From: Candidatus Fraserbacteria bacterium
Lineage (GTDB): Bacteria > Bipolaricaulota > Bipolaricaulia > RBG-16-55-9
DNA length: 19,484 nt
Assembly: GCA_037442925.1 (NCBI GenBank)
Contig: JBBIPG010000044.1
Location: 1 to 19,484, forward strand
Direction: 5' to 3'
The number at the start of each line of letters is the position of its first letter. Positions within the stretch are counted from its first letter, which is position 1. The position numbers were made by a program, and so were the translations under genes. The notes under the pieces are model-generated. The model did not search any database. It saw only the letters and a program-made list of their open reading frames with translations, and was not told the DNA's origin. Below are positions 16,711 through 19,484 of the stretch, piece after piece.

Positions 16711-18153
16711 CTACCACCTTATCTGGAAGCGGTTACGTAGTGCGATTGCCGTCGCGTTAAGTATAAGCAAGATTCCCAAAAGCACCAAGATCGCCGCGGC
16801 AGCAATCGTCGTGAAGCCTTCCTGCGGCTTGGTCGCCCAATCGAAGATCTGCAGGGGAATGACCGTGAAGCTGTCTTTCAAGTTGGTTGGGACATACGTG
16901 ACGTAGAGAAACGCACCCAACAAAATGAGCAACGCGGCTTCGCCGATCGCCCGCGATAGCGTCAAGATCATGCCCGTGAAGATACCGGGGAGCGCATAGG
17001 GCAGGACGTGATGGCGCACGGTCTGCCAGCGCGTGGCGCCCACGCTGTAGGCTGCCTCTCGTACCCAAGGAGGCACTGTGCGCAGAGCTTCGCGTGCCGC
17101 CAGAATCATGATCGGCAGAATCAAGAGCGCCAAGGCGATGCCACCTGCGAGAATGCTCCTCCCCAAGCCGGCCGCCCGTGCGAGGATCTCTAGACCGATG
17201 ATGCCGTACACGACAGAAGGCACCCCTGCGAGGTTAGCGATGAGCACCTGAAGGATCTCGGTGAGCGTGCTTCGAGAGGCGTATTCTTCCAGATAAAGAG
17301 CGGCGCCAATCCCCAGCGGGAAGGCGACGATGGCCATGACGAAGACGACGTAGAGCGAGCCCAAGATCGCGCTCGCGAGTCCGGCGTGCTCTGGATAGCG
17401 TGGCTCATTTAAGCTGGAGACGAATGCCCATAGGGCTCGCCAGGCAGCGCGCTGCACTGTGAGTTCTCCCTGTTGCTGTGCGGTAAAGGGCAGAGTGAGA
17501 ATTTGACTATCTCGCTCCACCTGCAGAGTGATTGGACCTGAAGCACGCTGGGTAGCGATCACAATGGCTTCCCACGCCTGACGTGTCCCCGTGATAGACA
17601 GATCGTTTGCTGAGAGCAAGACATCACCCGTTTGGAGGCCAGCCTGCTCGGCAGGGGAACCGGGTGGAAGAGTGGAGATCACTACGCGAAATCGCCCCGG
17701 TGTGTTGGGGATTGCCTCCGCCCGTAGCTCTCCCAAGAGCTGCCTGCTATTAGGAACCCAGGCAATGGGCAAGCGCAGATCGCGGCCACCGGGGGCCTGC
17801 TCCACAGCCTCCCAAACTGCCGACACTCTGGAGATGCCTTGGCCTGCGACTCGTATGAGCGCATCCCCTTGGCGTAAGCCCAGTTTCTCTGCTCGTGAGT
17901 TAGAGGCGACTTGAGCCAGGACTACATACGGATAATATGCCTGCTGGCTGCCTGTGCTCGCCTGCAAGCTCCGCAGTGATAGAGAAAGTCCAGCATCCGC
18001 TGTGGCACGCATCGCAACCAGACGCCAGCTATTGAGGCCTGTCGTGATCAAGAGCACAGCCACCACAACCAGTCCCAACCCCAATGAAACGGCAGCCACC
18101 AACGCAAACAGCGCACCCTTGCTGCGACGCCACGCGCGCTTTGCTTCACTCAT
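16711..18153 (-). CDS. pstA: Phosphate ABC transporter permease PstA with a large inserted tandem PDZ-like region
   Basis: PstA core ([47 protein letters not shown]). 480 aa because about 190 aa are inserted after TM1. Confidence 0.9.
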   Translation of the reverse strand: MSEAKRAWRRSKGALFALVAAVSLGLGLVVVAVLLITTGLNSWRLVAMRATADAGLSLSLRSLQASTGSQQAYYPYVVLAQVASNSRAEKLGLRQGDALIRVAGQGISRVSAVWEAVEQAPGGRDLRLPIAWVPNSRQLLGELRAEAIPNTPGRFRVVISTLPPGSPAEQAGLQTGDVLLSANDLSITGTRQAWEAIVIATQRASGPITLQVERDSQILTLPFTAQQQGELTVQRAAWRALWAFVSSLNEPRYPEHAGLASAILGSLYVVFVMAIVAFPLGIGAALYLEEYASRSTLTEILQVLIANLAGVPSVVYGIIGLEILARAAGLGRSILAGGIALALLILPIMILAAREALRTVPPWVREAAYSVGATRWQTVRHHVLPYALPGIFTGMILTLSRAIGEAALLILLGAFLYVTYVPTNLKDSFTVIPLQIFDWATKPQEGFTTIAAAAILVLLGILLILNATAIALRNRFQIRW

Positions 18154-19055
18154 TCATACCTCTCGCGAAAACGACGAACGATGAAGTAGCTGGCAACATT
18201 GAGCAACAAAGTCATTACAAAGAGCAGGAGACCGATGGCAAAGAGGGCCGACCAGATGAAGGCGGTGGCTTCGTGATCTCCCGTGGCGATATTGACGATG
18301 GTAGTGGTGAGTGCCATCATGGGCTGTGTCGGATCAGGAGGCCAAGCCGGCGTACGACCCGCTGCCAGGGCCACGATCATCGTCTCACCGATGGCGCGTG
18401 ACATGGCCAGAATGAATGCTGCGCCAATGCCCGAAAAGGCTGCCGGTATCACGACACGAGTGACCACCTCAAACTTTGTAGCTCCGAGTGCGTATGCTCC
18501 TTCTCGCAATGAGCGGGGTACGGCGTACAACACATCCTCGCTGAGTGAGGCGACAAGCGGCAGGATCATAAAGCCCATCACGAGTCCTGCCGAAAGGCCA
18601 TTCCAGAAGCCAATCTCTGGGAAGATCCCTTGTAGCAAGGGCGTGATGAAGCGCAGGGCGAAGAACCCATAGACGACGGTCGGGATACCTGCGAGGATCT
18701 CCAGCAGAGGCTTTAGAGTACGCCGAGTTCGCTCCGAAGCGTACTCGCTCAAGAAGACGGCACTCAAGATTCCGAGAGGCAAAGCCACGATCAAGGCAAT
18801 CGCCGTGATGACGAGGGTATCGGCCATGAGGGCGAGGACCCCGTAACTCTGGGGGATGGTGAGTGGAGCCCAACGGATCGAGGTGAGGAACTCCCAGAGT
18901 GAGACTTTCTGGAAGAAGGGCAAGCTGCCCAAGATGAACGTGCCGACGGTGACGAGGGTGATGACCACAGCGGCGCAACCGCAGGCGAAGAGAAGGCCTC
19001 GAATGAGGCCCTCCTTCACGTAGCGCCCGCGTGGTCCGTGCCGCGGAACTTTCAT
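18150..19055 (-). CDS. pstC: Phosphate ABC transporter permease PstC
   Basis: FLSEYA, LKPLLEILAGIPTVVYG, REGAYALGATKFE, SRAIGETM. ATG 19055 overlaps the pstS stop (TAATG). Confidence 0.95.
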   Translation of the reverse strand: MKVPRHGPRGRYVKEGLIRGLLFACGCAAVVITLVTVGTFILGSLPFFQKVSLWEFLTSIRWAPLTIPQSYGVLALMADTLVITAIALIVALPLGILSAVFLSEYASERTRRTLKPLLEILAGIPTVVYGFFALRFITPLLQGIFPEIGFWNGLSAGLVMGFMILPLVASLSEDVLYAVPRSLREGAYALGATKFEVVTRVVIPAAFSGIGAAFILAMSRAIGETMIVALAAGRTPAWPPDPTQPMMALTTTIVNIATGDHEATAFIWSALFAIGLLLFVMTLLLNVASYFIVRRFRERYE

Positions 19056-19483
19056 TACTGGCCGCAATGGCTCTCGTAGAGTCCTCGTATCTTCTCTCCA
19101 TCAAGTCCTGATATGGTTCCACCGAAGGCCGTGCCAGTGACGCGGTTGTCCCAACATTGACGTGCAGCTTTGCGCAGCTCCTCGGGAATGTTGATGTACC
19201 CAACATCTTGTATGAACTCCTCATTCCCCAGGATGTTTTCGTCCAAGTAGAAATCAACGAAGGCGTCGACGGCCTCACGCTGGGCAGACTGGGCGTTGGT
19301 ATAGATGAAGAGCGGTCGACTCAGCGGCGTGTACTGGAAGCTCAAGATGGTGTCCAACCTGGGCAGGATGCCTTGGCAAGCACCACCGGCATTCGCCAAG
19401 GGTTTCTTGTTGTTGGCGGCGCGACGAGCGTTGATCCCGTCCAGTACGTGCTGAGGCGCGTCGATTAACTCACGTCGCGGGTC
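19055..19483 (-). CDS. pstS: Phosphate ABC transporter substrate-binding protein, C-terminal part (5' end outside the window)
   Basis: Frame is open to the window edge; YTPLSRPLFIY...FVDFYL...VGYINIP motifs; lies upstream of pstC. Confidence 0.88.
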   Translation of the reverse strand, partial: DPRRELIDAPQHVLDGINARRAANNKKPLANAGGACQGILPRLDTILSFQYTPLSRPLFIYTNAQSAQREAVDAFVDFYLDENILGNEEFIQDVGYINIPEELRKAARQCWDNRVTGTAFGGTISGLDGEKIRGLYESHCGQ

Positions 19484-19484
19484 A

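Noticed and set aside
18469..19278. 269-aa alternative-frame ORF and the other shadow ORFs across the window
   Set aside because: They overlap well-supported genes, have Arg/Pro/Ser-rich off-frame composition and show no motifs.
1..19484. CRISPR array, prophage or autonomous IS
   Set aside because: No regularly spaced repeats, phage genes or transposase ORF were seen.

Overview
Bacterial chromosomal window of fairly high GC, mostly housekeeping, envelope and metal genes. + strand: a 5'-truncated parvulin PPIase-TPR-DUF3105 fusion, mazG, a DUF4911-like ORF, a YqeG-type HAD phosphatase, copZ-copA behind a CsoR-type operator, a Uma2 nuclease, and an accessory cassette with its own sigma70 promoter (orphan lipoprotein plus a small secreted Tyr/Cys/His-rich protein). 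These are followed by a ~270-bp fold-back MITE-like element and a System II cytochrome c maturation operon (resA-resB/ccsB-ccsA). - strand: a SAM hydroxide adenosyltransferase (DUF62) gene coupled to a CCA-adding enzyme gene, divergent from frr, and pstS(partial)-pstC-pstA-pstB-phoU. Most notable: (i) PstA carries two inserted PDZ-like domains, and PstS has a loop insertion; (ii) a minus-strand structured RNA candidate downstream of cca exposes anti-Shine-Dalgarno motifs; (iii) the fold-back element at 8402-8674; (iv) the secreted His1 protein near the copper ATPase. All calls come from motif recognition by eye; no searches or folding programs were run.
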